Assembly: GCF_009914755.1 (NCBI RefSeq)
Contig: NC_060930.1
Origin: the human T2T-CHM13v2.0 reference genome, Homo sapiens
Reading direction: 5' to 3' (one strand)
DNA length: 64,000 nucleotides
Positions 42,102 to 56,421 of the stretch are shown here, piece by piece. Each line of letters opens with the position of its first letter. Within the stretch, counting starts at the first letter, position 1. A model generated the notes under the pieces. The model made no database searches. It saw only the letters and a list, made by a program, of their open reading frames with translations, and was not told the origin of the DNA. The translations under genes were made by a program, and so were the position numbers.

Positions 42102-43189
42102 TATAGGGTGAAATTCACCCCCGATATTTCACGTAAGTTCTTTTCTATTTTCCCTAAGTATTGGTGGGTCTGAGAAATAAAGGGACAGAGTAGAAAAGAG
42201 AGAAATTTTAAAGCTGGGTGTCTGGGGGAGACATCACATCTTGGCAGGTTCTGTGATGCCTCCTGAGCCATAAAACCAGCAAGTTTTTATTAGTGATTTT
42301 CAAAAGGGGAGGGAGTGTACAAATAAGGTGTGGGTCACAGAGATCACATGCTTCACAAGGTAATAAGATATCACAAGGTAAATGGAGGCAGGGCGAGATC
42401 ACAGGACCACAGGACTGAGGCAAAATTAAAATTGCTAATGAAGTTTGGGGCACGCATTGTCATTGATAACATCTTATCAGGAGACAGGGTTTGAAAGCAG
42501 GCAATCAGTCTGACCAAAATTTATTAGGCGGGAATTTCCTTGTCCTAATAAGCCTGGGAGCGCTACTGGAGACAGGGCTTATTTCATCCCTACAGCTGCG
42601 ACCGTAAAAGACAGCTGCTCCCAATGCAGCCATTTCAGAGGTCTACCCTCAGGGATGCATTCTCTTTCTCGGGGATGTTCCTTGCTGAGAAAAAGAATTC
42701 AGTGATATTTCTCCCATTTGCTTTTGAAAGAGGAGAAATATGGCTCTGTTCTGCCTAGCTCACCAGCAGTCAGAGTTTAAGGTTATCTCTCTTGTTCCCT
42801 GAACATTACTGTTATCCTGTTCTTTTTTCAAGGTGCCCAGATTTCATATTGTTCAAACACACATGCTCTACAAACAATTTGTGCAGTTAATGCAATCATC
42901 ACAAGGTCCTGAGGCAACATACCTCCTCCTCAGTTTACGAAGATGACGGGATTAAGAGATTGAAGTAAAGACAGGCATAGGAAATCACAAGGGTATTGAT
43001 TGGGGAAGTGATAAGTGTCCATGAAATCTTCACAATTTATGTTCAGAGATTGCAGTAAAGACAGGCGTAAGAAATTATAAAAGTATTAATTTGGGGAACT
43101 AATATATGTCCATGAAATCTTGACAATTATGTTCTTCCTCCATGGCTTCAGCCGGTCCCTCTGTTTGGGGTCCCTGACTTACCGCAACA
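42102..43189 (-). mobile_element. MER11 (HERV-K11/HML-8) solo LTR
   Basis: Minus strand starts TGTTGCGGTAAGTCAGGGACCCCAAACAGAGGGACCGGCTGAAGCCATG, has the internal GAAGATTTCATGGACA repeat, and a perfect 6-bp TSD TAAATT (42096-42101, 43190-43195). Confidence 0.95.
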
Positions 43190-44342
43190 TAAATTGATTG
43201 ATAAACATGGCTGGATTTTGCTTGTAATGTTCTATGAGGATTGCCAGAAATTTATTTAATTGTTCAAATGTTTGTGAATCATTTGAAAACACTGGTGTTA
43301 AAGTGATAAGCAAATTCAAACTATTTTAGCATTATGAGTTAAACAAATTTAAATAATCTCAAAGGCAAATAATTATCCAAAAGAGGCTAATTTAATGTTC
43401 TTATTATGCTATCTTTTGATTTAGGTTGGTTTTAATGTCATCATGATTCTATATGTGGGGTGGGGGAGACAGAGACAGAGACAGAAACAGAGTCAGAGTA
43501 AGAGTGAGAAAGAATTGAATCTGCCAGACCATATTAAATATAGCTCTGCCCTCCATTGTTGGATTTCCACATTTTATCATGTGGCCTTATCATCAAAAAA
43601 TTCTTGGACGTCTCAGTATTGGAAACTTTACCAAAGTTTAAATTCAATAACATTGGAGCGATTAAGGAAATGTTATATGTTTATAAGTATGTAAGGGGAA
43701 AAATATCCAATATTTTCTGAGCTATCTATTCTAATGCACTGGAAGCCTCTTTTTCTGTATCTAGGAATAGTGCAGTCTATGAGATATTTGTCTTATTTTA
43801 AACATGGAATTTTGTTTTTTCACTAATTTTTATTCCATATGGCAAGTTATCCATTTATGCCTACTGTTAAGACCAAACTTTGTATGTTCAGTAGTGCTCC
43901 TTCTACATTTGGTTTATTTTTCACCTCTTAGTCAGAGAATGGAGGGATGATCTACCAATGACATGATAGAATGAAGCTGTCTTTGGGGCTGAAACCTGGA
44001 CTTATTAAGTCACTTCCAATCCTAAGAAACTTTGCACAACATAAACACAAAACAAACTTTAGTAACAAATTTTCCTATACAGTTGTGTAACTGATCTTAG
44101 ACTATCATGGTTGCCAAATCATTCTTGGTATCTTAAAAAGAATAAATAAGATCCTGTTTTAATTTGACCTTTTGCCAAATACACTGTGAATACTACTAAA
44201 AGTTTGGTTATAATTATTTTCTCTCTCCTGAGTTGCAAAGTCATGAGTAATAGTTATTAATGTTATATTGAGAAGTTTCATCATCTTTCATAATCATTTG
44301 GATAATTTACTCCTTATATATTTTTAAATTATGTATCCTTTT

Positions 44343-44634
44343 CTTTTCAGAGACAGTGTCTTACCCCTGTTACCCAGACTAGAGTGCAGTGCCATGATCA
44401 TAATTCACTGCAGCTTCAAACTCTTGACCTCAAACCATCCTTTCACCTCAGCTGCCTGAACAACTAGGACCACAAACACATGCCACCATGCCTGACTAAT
44501 TTTGATTCTTTTTTGAAGAGATAGGGTGTTGCTATATTGCTCAGATTGGTCTTGAGCTCCTGGCCTCAAGCCATCCTCCTACCTTGACCTCCCAAATGTC
44601 TGGAATTACAGACACCAGCCACTGTGTTGGGCCT
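44343..44634 (-). mobile_element. AluJ (diverged)
   Basis: Dimeric Alu with J features (GATCATAATTCACTGCAGC, CTCAAGCCATCC); TSD TATCCTTTT. Confidence 0.85.
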
Positions 44635-45761
44635 ATATCCTTTTATTCCCTCATAAAAACACAATCCTGTCATATTTTCTTCCATTTCAGACTATGTCTA
44701 TCTTGATCCTTAATAAGCAAAACCAAAACCAAAAATGTTTCTAGCATTTCAGCTTCTAAGAAGATGCAATAGATGTGGTATTTTCCTATTCGTCCCACTG
44801 AGTACAATGGAAAAAAAGAAAGTCGGATGTTATATATAAAACAAGCATAACAAGACTGTTAAAGATGAAGAGAGAAGGACCTCAAGATACATGGAATAAC
44901 ACATGAGTAAAATCTTTCTGTCCTCTTTTTGTCTCCTATATTCCAGGCTTACAGCTGATGAAGATGACAACCCAGAAATGCCAACTATCATAGACAAAAC
45001 CCCAAGAATAGCCTCTCTCTAGCCAATACACCAGGAAAGAGGCAGGCTAGCAAGACAGAACTTTTAGACAATATACCTGTCTACTGCAGTCAACCACCAC
45101 ACCAAATGGTGGTCACACCCACACCATCAAAGGCTGAGTGAGGAGCCTAGATTTCCACCATCGTTGGTCTATAATGATGCACCCCAATCTTTCCACCAAG
45201 CCAGTGTCAGAAAAGACCTAGCAGGGAGCCAGGATGTTCATCTCCATCAACAAGTAACAAGAGTCCCCCCTCATGATGTATGTGGAACACTGGCAACCAC
45301 ATGGGGAGCCTAAACTCCCACTCCCTCCCAGTAGTAATAAGGTGCCCTCTGGCTTGTCTCCCACTGGAGTGCTGTTGGAGGAGGCACAGTGAAGAAGCAA
45401 GACTTTCACAACTGCTCAGCACTAGTGAAGCCATCCCCCTCAGTGTGCTATGAATAGAGGCTGGGGAACAGTTAAAAGACACTGTTGCACTTTCTAGCCA
45501 GGGTAATAGCAATGGAAGCTAAGAAGGAAGCTGAAACTCCCAAACTCGCCAAGCAATCATTACTAGCCCCCCACCTAGAGTGTCAATGGAGATCAAGTGG
45601 AGAACCTGGACTTCTACTTCACATGGCAGTAAGAAGGCAGTGCCCACCCCCTCCATCCCTGGAGCAGTCTCAGAGGAAGCCAGCTAAAAGAGAAGGTTGA
45701 ACTAAGATTCAGAGTTTTCTGGTATAAAATTAAAAATGTCCAGGTTTCTATTTTTGTAACT

Positions 45762-46550
<789 letters not shown>

Positions 46551-46941
46551 AAATCATCATGTTCATTAAAATGTCACCATGCTAGGAATTAGGAAGACGA
46601 ATGACAATAGATTCATTCAAGATTCATTTAAGAAGAAAGACAATAGATTCCAACACCAAGATGACAGATAACAGAATTATGTGACAAAGAATTTCAAAAA
46701 GCCACCATAAAAATATTTTAATGAGCAATTATAAATGTGTTCATAATAGCTTTAAAAAATAGACTGTCTCAGAAAAGAAATAGTAGATATATAGAGAGTA
46801 ATGAAATGAATATTTAGAATAGAAAATGTACAATAAATGAAATTAAAAACTCAGTAGATGGGCTCAGCAGCAGAATGGAGAGATCAGAGAAAAGAATAGA
46901 ATCAGTGAACTGGAAGATAGAACCATTGATATTACTCAATA

Positions 46942-47160
46942 TGGCACATATGAACACAAAGAAAGGAACAACATACACCAAGCCGACATGACGGTAGAGA
47001 GAGGGAGGAGGGTGAGAATCAAAAAACTACCTAGCGGGTACTATGATTATTACCTGGGTGATGAAATAATCTGTAAGCCAAATCCCTGTGACATGAAATT
47101 TATCTATATAACAAACCTGCACATGTATCTCGAACCTAAAATGTAAGTTAAAAATAAACA
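46942..47160 (+). mobile_element. L1PA13-15-like 3' tail fragment
   Basis: AAAAAACTACCTA...TACCTGGGTGATGAAATAATCTGTA...AACAAACCTGCACATGTA. Confidence 0.8.
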
Positions 47161-47285
47161 AGTATAATAAAAACTAGATGCTTTTCAGTTTTGCTATGAA
47201 GAATACATTACACAACATGAAAAAGAGAGAAAAAGTAGACTAAAACTAAAAATAAACAGAGCCTCAGCGGCCTGTGGAGCCCTGA

Positions 47286-48645
47286 TAAAAGCCATACACC
47301 TACAACCATCTGACCTCCGACAAAGCTGATAACAATAAGCAAGGAGGAAAGGACTCCATATTCAATAAGTAATGCTGGGATAACTGGCTGGCCATACACG
47401 AAACACTGAAACTGGACCGCTACCTTTCACCATATATAGAAATCAACTCAAAGTAGATTAAAGTCTCGAATATAAGACATAAAAGTCTAAAAACCCTAGA
47501 AGAAAACCCAGAAAATACCATTCTGGACCTAGGACTTGGCAAAGATTTCATGATGAAGTCTCCAAAGGCAATTGCAACAAAAACAAAAATAGAAAAGTGT
47601 AGCCTAATTAAACTAAAGAACTTCTGCACTGCAAAAGAAACTAGCAACAGAGTCAATAGACACCCTACAGAATGGGAGAAAACATTTGCAAACTATGCAC
47701 CCAATGAAGATCTAATATTCACAATCTCATAAGGATCTTAAACAAAGCCCAAACCAAGCAACCTCATTTAAAAATGGGCAAAAGACATAAGCAGACACTT
47801 CTAAAAAAAAAAAAAAGATATATACATGGCCAACAAGCATATGAAAAAATGCTCAACATTCCTAGTCACCAGAGAAATGCAAATCAAAACCAGAATGAGA
47901 TTCCATCTCACACCACTTAGGAGGGCTACTTTTAAAAAGTCAAATAATAACAGATGTTGGTCAGACTGCAGAGAAAAGGGAATATTTATACCCTGCTGGT
48001 AGGAAGGTAAATTATTTCAAGCCACTATGGAAAGCAGTTTGAAGATGTCTCAAATAACTATAAATAGAATTACAAATCAAACCAGTAATCTTGTTACCTG
48101 GTATATACCCAAAAGAATATAAACTGTTCTACCAAAAAGACACATGCATACCTATGTTCATTATAGCACTGTTCACAATAGCAAAGATAAGGAATCAACC
48201 GAGATTCCTATCAGTGGTGGACTGGATAGATAAAAATATGCTACATGAACACCATGGAATACTACACAACCATGAAAAGGAACAAAATCACATCCTTTGC
48301 AGCAACATGGATTCATCTGGAGGCCATTATCCTAAGTCAATTAAGGCAGGAACAGAAAACCAAATACTGCATATTCTCACTTCTAAGTGAGAGCTAAGCA
48401 TTGCGTACACAAGGACACAAAGAGGGAAACAATAGACACCAGGACTTACTTGAGGGTGGAGGCTGGGAGGAGTGTGAGGGTTGAAAAAGTACTTATCTGA
48501 TACTATGCTCACTACCTGGGTGAAAAAATCATTTATACACCACACCCTCATGACAGGCAATTTATTCATGTAACGAACCTGTACATGTACCGCGCACAGC
48601 CCCCCCACCACCGAGCCTAAAATAAAAGTTGAGAAAGAAAAAATA
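47286..48645 (+). mobile_element. L1PA15/16-like 3' 1.35-kb fragment
   Basis: ORF2 C-terminal peptides ([23 protein letters not shown]) and a 3'UTR ending CCTAAAATAAAAGTTGAG plus A tail. Confidence 0.82.
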
Positions 48646-50309
48646 AGATGCAATACTTGTCCAAACCAGAGTCTGTGAAGAAGAGGAGAAAGGTGATGAA
48701 ACTGAAAAAGTACCTGAAAAAATAATGGCTAAAAATTATTCAAATTTAACAAAAGATCTACATGTAGACATTCAAGAAGCATAGTAAACCCCAAATAGAA
48801 TTAAAGCATAACAAGACATATGAGAGTCAAAGTTATGAAAAGGCAATTTAATTAGAAAATGGATGAAAAATATGAATAGACATTTCACCAAATAGGTGAC
48901 ACAGATGGCAAATAATCACATGAAAAGATGCTTAATGTCAATTAAGAAAATGCAAACTAAACCTATGGTGAGATTAAAATTATTCACCTATCAGAGTGAC
49001 TAAAAAAATGTTTAATGACAAAAAGAAATGCTGCCAAAGATTCACAAAAACTGAATAATTCATACATGACTATACAATTGCACAAGCACTCTGAAAAACA
49101 ATTTGGCAGTTTCTTTAAAAATTAAAAATTAAACATGCACCTACCATATGACCCAGGAATTGCACTTCTGGACATTTATTTTAGAGAAATGAAGATTGTG
49201 TCCATGCAAAAATCTGGACAAAAATAGCAGGATTTTTTCCTGGTAAAATGCAGAAACTAGAAACAACCCAGATGTCCTTCGGTGTGTGAATAGTAAAACA
49301 AATAGTGGCACATCCATACCATAGAATACTACTCATCAATTAAAAGAAACAAACTATTGATAACAGCATTAACCTGGATGAATCTCCATAGAAATTTACT
49401 TAGTGAAAAAAAGACAAACCCAAAAGGTTATATGTCGTATGATCTCCCTTATATAGCATTCTTGAAATGACAAAATTATAGAAATGGAGACCGGGTTAGT
49501 GGTTTCCAAGGTTTAAAAAAGGGTTAGAGGCAGAAGGTACATTAGTATGGCTATAAAAGGGCAACCTGAAGGTCCTTGTGGTAACGGAAATGTTCTGTAT
49601 CTTGACTGTATCAATGTAGTACCCTGGTTATGGTGTTGTAGTTTAGTTCTGCAATATATTACCAGTGGGAAAACTGGGTAAAGTGTACGTGGGATAACTC
49701 TTCACTATTTCGTACAACTGCATGTGAATTTACAACTACCTAAAACAAATTTAAAAGAATCCCTTCCTCTAAACAAACAGAAATTAAAAAGAAAAACTGA
49801 TATCTGAACATTCTTTCTTTGTCTGCAAAACTTTTTTTCTCAAATATCTAACATAATTTTAATAAGATATATGCACTAATAGAAAATTGAGATGAAAGAC
49901 ATTGGAACCAGGAATAGATGGTTGGACAAGGAAATGAAGAGGAAAGCAAGAGTTCCAAGTAAAAACTTAGACCCAATAATACCATAGAGAAAACAAGTTA
50001 GTTGTAACTATGAGAAATCCAATATAACACTCAAAGACCCAGTCCAGACACTGCAACAATGACTAATGCAAACATTATTCTTTTTCTGTTCAAATTTATT
50101 GAAATCATAAAAATAAATGACTCTGTTACTCCCAAGAAGGTACAAAATAAATTTCTATAGTATGAGGAATCAATTATATTTAGAATTCATGTTTTTTAAA
50201 CCTTAAGCATATGTATAAGACTGAATTTTGTGAGTATTGTCATGATTACTGTTTATCTTATCTAAGTTTATGTTGCTAAATACACTTAGGAAAAGTTGGA
50301 TATAAGACT

Positions 50310-50630
50310 GACACTTGTAATTTCAGAACGAATCTTAGCACTTTGGGAGGCCAAGGCAGGGCCAGGAGTTAAATACCAGCCTGAGCAGCATATTGAGGTC
50401 CCATTTCTTTAAAAAAATAAATAAATAAATAAGTGATTTTTTTTTTTGTTTTTTTGTTTTTTTAATTAGGCATGGTGGTGTGTACTTACAGTCCTGGCTA
50501 CTTGGGAGGCTGCAGCAAGAGGATCTCTTCAGCCCAGGAATTTGAGACTGCAGTGAGCTATGATCACGCCACTGCACTTCATATCGGATGTACAGAGCAA
50601 GACCCTGTTTCTTCAATTAAAAAAAGGAAA
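50310..50630 (+). mobile_element. AluJ, rearranged, with a T-tract in the central linker
   Basis: GCACTTTGGGAGGCCAAGGC...GTGAGCTATGATCACGCCACTGCAC...GAGCAAGACCCTG. Confidence 0.8.
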
Positions 50631-50860
50631 AGCTCATAATTTTATTGACATGTTTTAAAAGATTTAACTAATCAAGTTGATAATATTTAAGTTCTTGAGT
50701 AATTTAACTTTATAAAATATTTGTTTTTATTTATTAGTTATACCAGCAGTATTAAATACTTACAGGAATAATTTCAGCTAAAATACATTGAGTATCAAAG
50801 CAAAAACAAAAAGTCAAAAGCCCTTTGGATGTTTAAAATTTCAATAATATGGCAAAACCA

Positions 50861-51166
50861 GCCAGGCGTGGTGGCTCACACCTGTAATCCCAACACTTTG
50901 GAGGCTGAGGTGGGAGGATCACTTCAGGTCAGAGATTTGAGACCAGCCTGGCCAGCATGGTGAAACCCTGTCTCTACTAAAAATGCAAAAAAATTAGCCA
51001 GGTGTGGTGTCACGCGTCTGTAGTCCCAGCTACTCGGGAGGCTGAGGCAGGAGAATCCCAGTGGGTGGAGGTTGCAGTGGGCTGAGGTTGTGCCACTACA
51101 TTCCAGCCTGGGTGACAGAGTGAGACTCTGTCTCATAAATAAATAAATAAATAGGAAAAAAACAAA
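50861..51166 (+). mobile_element. AluSx-like
   Basis: GGATCACTTCAGGTCAG...CCAGCCTGGCCAGCATGG; TSD ATGGCAAAACCA (50849-50860, 51167-51178). Confidence 0.9.
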
Positions 51167-51650
51167 ATGGCAAAACCAAGATTAACACTCCTACCTGCTG
51201 AGAGAGCATTTCTAATACCCTGGGTGCCTCTTTTCAGGATTGAATGTCTTGTGTACAAAATTAATAATTTGTATTTCTTCAAGTGTTAGTATCAGAGCCA
51301 GCATAGCACCTGGCACAAAGGAACTGCTCAATAAAAGTTGTGAAATAGATTATTTTACTTTGGACATGAAATGTAGCTGAGCTTCTTATTTTGAACTAGA
51401 ACTTAAAAATGCCATAGGTGCTTCCCACCTAAACATCAGTTATGAGGACTTTTTCTCTGCCCTTCATCAACATGCAGCCTGTGAACAGTGTCTGGGAAAG
51501 TAGTGGTCATTGGTTGCGTAATTTGATTTTAGGCTTATGGAGAAAAGGACCCAAGTGACTCTGATGTTTACAAAGCACCTATGAAACCCTGTACACACCT
51601 AGTGCGTAATCCTCATAATTTATCAACAAACACCAAAAAATTGCAATAGG

Positions 51651-52222
51651 TGCATAGTATTCCATGGTGTATATGTGCCACATTTTATTTATCCAGTCTA
51701 TCATTGATGAGCATTTAGGTTGGTTCCAAGTCTTTGCTATTGTGAACAGAGTCGCAATAAACATATGTGTGCATGTATCTTTAGAGTAGAATGATTTATA
51801 AACCTTTGGGTATATACCCAGTAATGGGATTGCTGGGTCAAATGGTATTTCTAGTTCTAGATCCTTGAGGAATCGCCATAAAAAAAGGATGAGTTCATGT
51901 CCTTTGCAGGGACATGGATGAAGCTGGAAACCATAATTCTCAGCAAGCTAACACAAGAACAGAAAACCAAACACCGCATGCGCATGTTTTCACTCATAAG
52001 TGGGAGTTGAACAATGAGAACACATGGACACAGAGGGGAACATCACACACCGGGGCCTCTCGGGGAGTGAGGGGGTGTGGGAGTATAGCATTAGGAGAAA
52101 TACCTAATGCAGATGACGGGTTGATGGGTGCAACAAACCACCATGGCACATGTATACCTATGTAACAAACCTGCACGTCCTGCACATGTATCCCAGGACT
52201 TAAAGTATAATTTAAAAAAAAA
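51651..52222 (+). mobile_element. L1PA6/7-like short insertion with 5' inversion (minus 51651-51878, plus ~51875-52222)
   Basis: Flip at GAGGAATCGCCA|TAAAAAAAAGGATGAG with GCCA microhomology; TSD AAAAAATTGCAATAGGTG / AAAAAATTCAATAGGTG. Confidence 0.9.
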
Positions 52223-52374
52223 ATTCAATAGGTGGGGAAAGTATTATCACTGTGAATCAAAATGTTAGGATTAGCATTGTGTGGTCAAAAGTTACTCCTG
52301 TGATAAAATATAAAGGCAGAAATAATCAGCTTGATTCTGGTATTATGCAGTTGAACTACAGTTCCATGAATTGT

Positions 52375-53028
52375 TCGTTTATTTTGGCCTTGTAGTATAA
52401 TTCGAAGCCAGGTCAAGGGATGGCTCTGGCTTTGTTCTTTTTCCTTAGGAGTGCTCTGGTTATTCAAGACTTTTCTGTTTCCATTTGAATTTTAGGATTG
52501 TTTTTTCTAATTCTGTGAAAAATGAGGTTGGTAATTTGATAGGAATTAAATTGAATCTGTATATTGCTTTGTGCAGTATGGTCATTTTAATGATATTGAT
52601 TCTTCTAATCTGTGAGCATGAGACCTTTTCTCATTTGTTTGTGTCATCTGTGATTTCTTTCATTGGTGTTTTGTACTTCTTCATGCAGAGATCTTTTGCC
52701 TCATTAGTTAAATGTATCCCTAGGTATTTTATTTTTTGTGTGGCTATTGTACACGGAATTGTGTTCTTGATTTGATTTTCAGCTTGAACATTATTGGCTA
52801 CTGATTTCTGCACATTGATTTTGTATCCTGAAACTACTGAAGTCATTTATCAAGTCTAGGAGTCTTTTGGAGGAGGCTTTAGGATTTTCTAGGTATAAGA
52901 TCATGTCATCAGCAAACAGAGATAATTTAACTTCCTCTTTTCCAATTTGGATTCCTTTTATTTCTCTCTGCTGCCTGATTGTTCTGGCTAGAACTTCCAG
53001 TACTACGTTGAATAGGAGTGATGAGAAA
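52375..53028 (-). mobile_element. L1P ORF2 fragment
   Basis: Peptide 52631-52846 ([25 protein letters not shown]) is L1 RT. Confidence 0.82.
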
Positions 53029-54007
53029 GCAGGGACCTCCTATGCCAGTAACTGGGAGTGAGTAAGTTCATTATGTACAGTTGTGCACAAGTCTAGGCAA
53101 CTTCAAGTACTGTACACAGTACAAATTGCAGAGACAGAGTTGGGGGTGGGGAGTGAGAGAGAGAGAATCCCTAGCTGGATGCTGGAGGTGAGAATGGAAA
53201 TAAGAGAAAAAAAAACAGTGTTTTTTAAAAAAAGAGGTTAAACCTGAATCAAGTGAAGTAAGTAACTTGAGACTGTATCATTGTAACTCCCATTATCAAC
53301 CATTTGTCCTCACACTGAATTAAAAATTAAATGTGCATTGGCATAGCTTCTGAATGCCCAATGGAAGACGACAAAGATGAAATTACTGTGAAATTTGTGC
53401 CCATCTTAAATCTTAAATTGGAATTGTCCTAGGGACAGAATCCCAAGAGTAAAATGAAGCCCTCAGCTGACCTCCTCTCCCTGTAAATTTGCATTCCTAC
53501 AAGAGCCAGCAAAAAGTTACTTGAAATAAATCTGGTGGAATCTAGAGGAAAAGCTTTCTGTCTCCTGGCAGCCCTGTGAGTGTAAGAAGATAATTCCTAG
53601 TTTATTTACCTTGTGTTGTGAGACAGTTACAGATGTATCACAGCTCTTCTCAATCACCTAGCCATGAGTTTATTAACTTTCAGCAGCTGGAGTGATATCT
53701 CACTCTTTGAGAAAGGGAGGGGATGTGCTAGTGGTTAAGTGACTTAATAAATAATCTGTCACTTTTCACGGTTTACGAAGCCGGAGCACATTTATGAAAG
53801 ACAAGGAAGTAGATTATTTAACATATTTGATATAAGGCTTTTGAGAGCTGAGTAAAGAATAATTACAGGGTACCTCAGGTTCTCTTCCTGATTTACATTT
53901 ACTCTCTGATAAAGTAGAGAGAGATGAGGCCTATTTAGAAAATAGGTCCCATATTGGCTATTGAGCAAATAAGGAAAATAAGAAATCATATACACTCATA
54001 TTTCTTT

Positions 54008-54138
54008 TATTGTCTTTTATTTTTGTTTTTGAGACGGAGTCTCGCTCTGTCGCCCAGGCTGGAGTGCAGTGGCGTGATCTTGGCTCACTACAAGCTCCGC
54101 CTCCTGGGTTCACGCCATTCTCCTGCCTCAGCCTCCCG
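54008..54138 (-). mobile_element. 5'-truncated AluY (right arm only)
   Basis: CpG-rich AluY right arm; degenerate TSD TACACTCATATTTCT / TGCACTCACATTTCT. Confidence 0.88.
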
Positions 54139-54210
54139 TGCACTCACATTTCTATTACACACACACACAAGCATGCATATTTTATTTGAAGTGTTAAAAA
54201 TGAAGAAACT

Positions 54211-54536
<326 letters not shown>

Positions 54537-54544
54537 CTAAGAGG

Positions 54545-54745
54545 AAACCGCTGGCCCCAGACTGCTCAAATCCCAGCTCTGCCTGTGTGACCCTGAGAAA
54601 GTTATATAAGTTCTTAAGTTTCCTTCTTCATAAAATTGGATTAATAGTAGTACTTACCTTTTACAGTTATTGTGAGGATTAAAATTTTTATAAATATTTA
54701 GAACAGTGTCTGGCATGTAAAAACACTCAGTAGGTGGTAACAATT
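54545..54745 (+). mobile_element. MIR
   Basis: TCAAATCCCAGCTCTGCC...TGTGACC...AAGTTA...TAAAATTGG...GTGAGGATTAAA. Confidence 0.75.
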
Positions 54746-56045
54746 TAATCAAAGCTGGCCCAAATATTAACTTTGTTAGGCAACTTAGCGTTTAAGTAAA
54801 TTTACCATTAATTTGTGCCCATTGAATAGGAGAAGATTTATTTATTTACAACATCCTTGTTGCAACTGTACTACTCCTCTGTGATGGGATAGACTGGAAC
54901 AACAGGAACTGGATTGGCTCTATCAATAAGAAATTATCAGGGAATCTCCTCTGCTTCTTTCTGCACCAGAAGATCCTGATAGTGTGAAGTCAAGAGAAAA
55001 TACAATATTCCACTCTCTCATACTCTTTGGTAAACCAGGATTTTTTACAAATCTGCTATCTTTGCTGCAACATCTTTGTGCGTCAAATGAAAAAAACAAA
55101 TCTTTCTTTTTAAGCACATCTTCTCTTTTTCTTTCTTCCACAATTGAACTCTGTTTGCTAACACAGAAAGAGCTGAAATAAGGAGTCTCCAAATTATGAC
55201 ACCTCTTTGTTTTTGTAAGGATATTTTCCTAACATTGACAACCATGAGGATTTTAAAGCTGGTTTTAGCGAACACATTGGAGAATCTCAAGGATCTAAAT
55301 TAAGCTGATTGTTAGTTTGAATAAGAAAAAAATATTAAAAAACTATTAATCGTATACATTATTTCCTGCAAAATTTCCAGCTGAGTTGTAAAAGCACTGC
55401 TGGTTGTCCTTTGGGACTATCGTTTTTCACCCAGAATGTGGTCAGTACATCACTTGAAGCATAAAATTCTTCACTATGCTAATTGCAGAGCCTGTGATAT
55501 GAATGCCAATGTAGAAAATAGGATCAAAATAGCATTGCAATGTCTCATGTTGCATAAAATGTTGATTAGTGTAAAACCAAATCTTGAGAGTCATATTATA
55601 AAAGACGATGCCTGTCTTTTACAGCCAACTTAAAATCACCATGTTTTTTGTGTTCATCTGCATTTGACAATTCCTGACAAATCTGTTACTCATTGTTACT
55701 TATTGCTTTGTTGTTATTTTGTAAAATTCAGATTATTTTATGAAACACAAACCTTAACCACTTTCCCAAATTCCCTTGATTCCAGCAGCCCCCTTGATAC
55801 TGGTACATGTCTGAAACTGCCGTGAAAGAAGTATGCTGGGGTCATTTGACGCATCTGTCTGGGGCCAGCCAGGTCCTTGCTCTGGAAATGCCAATGTTTG
55901 TACCCTTGATTGCCTGTGCGTAGCCGGGCCAATGTGCTGCGTGACCAGATTTTCTGCCTCCTTCTCCCACTTTCCAATTCAGATGAGATATCATGTCACA
56001 GGAAGGGATTTTACATCTTGAGTTTCTACAGAAAGAGCCAAATGA

Positions 56046-56421
<376 letters not shown>

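Noticed and set aside
42960-43135. Internal ~90-bp direct repeat in the LTR
   Set aside because: A normal feature of the MER11 consensus.
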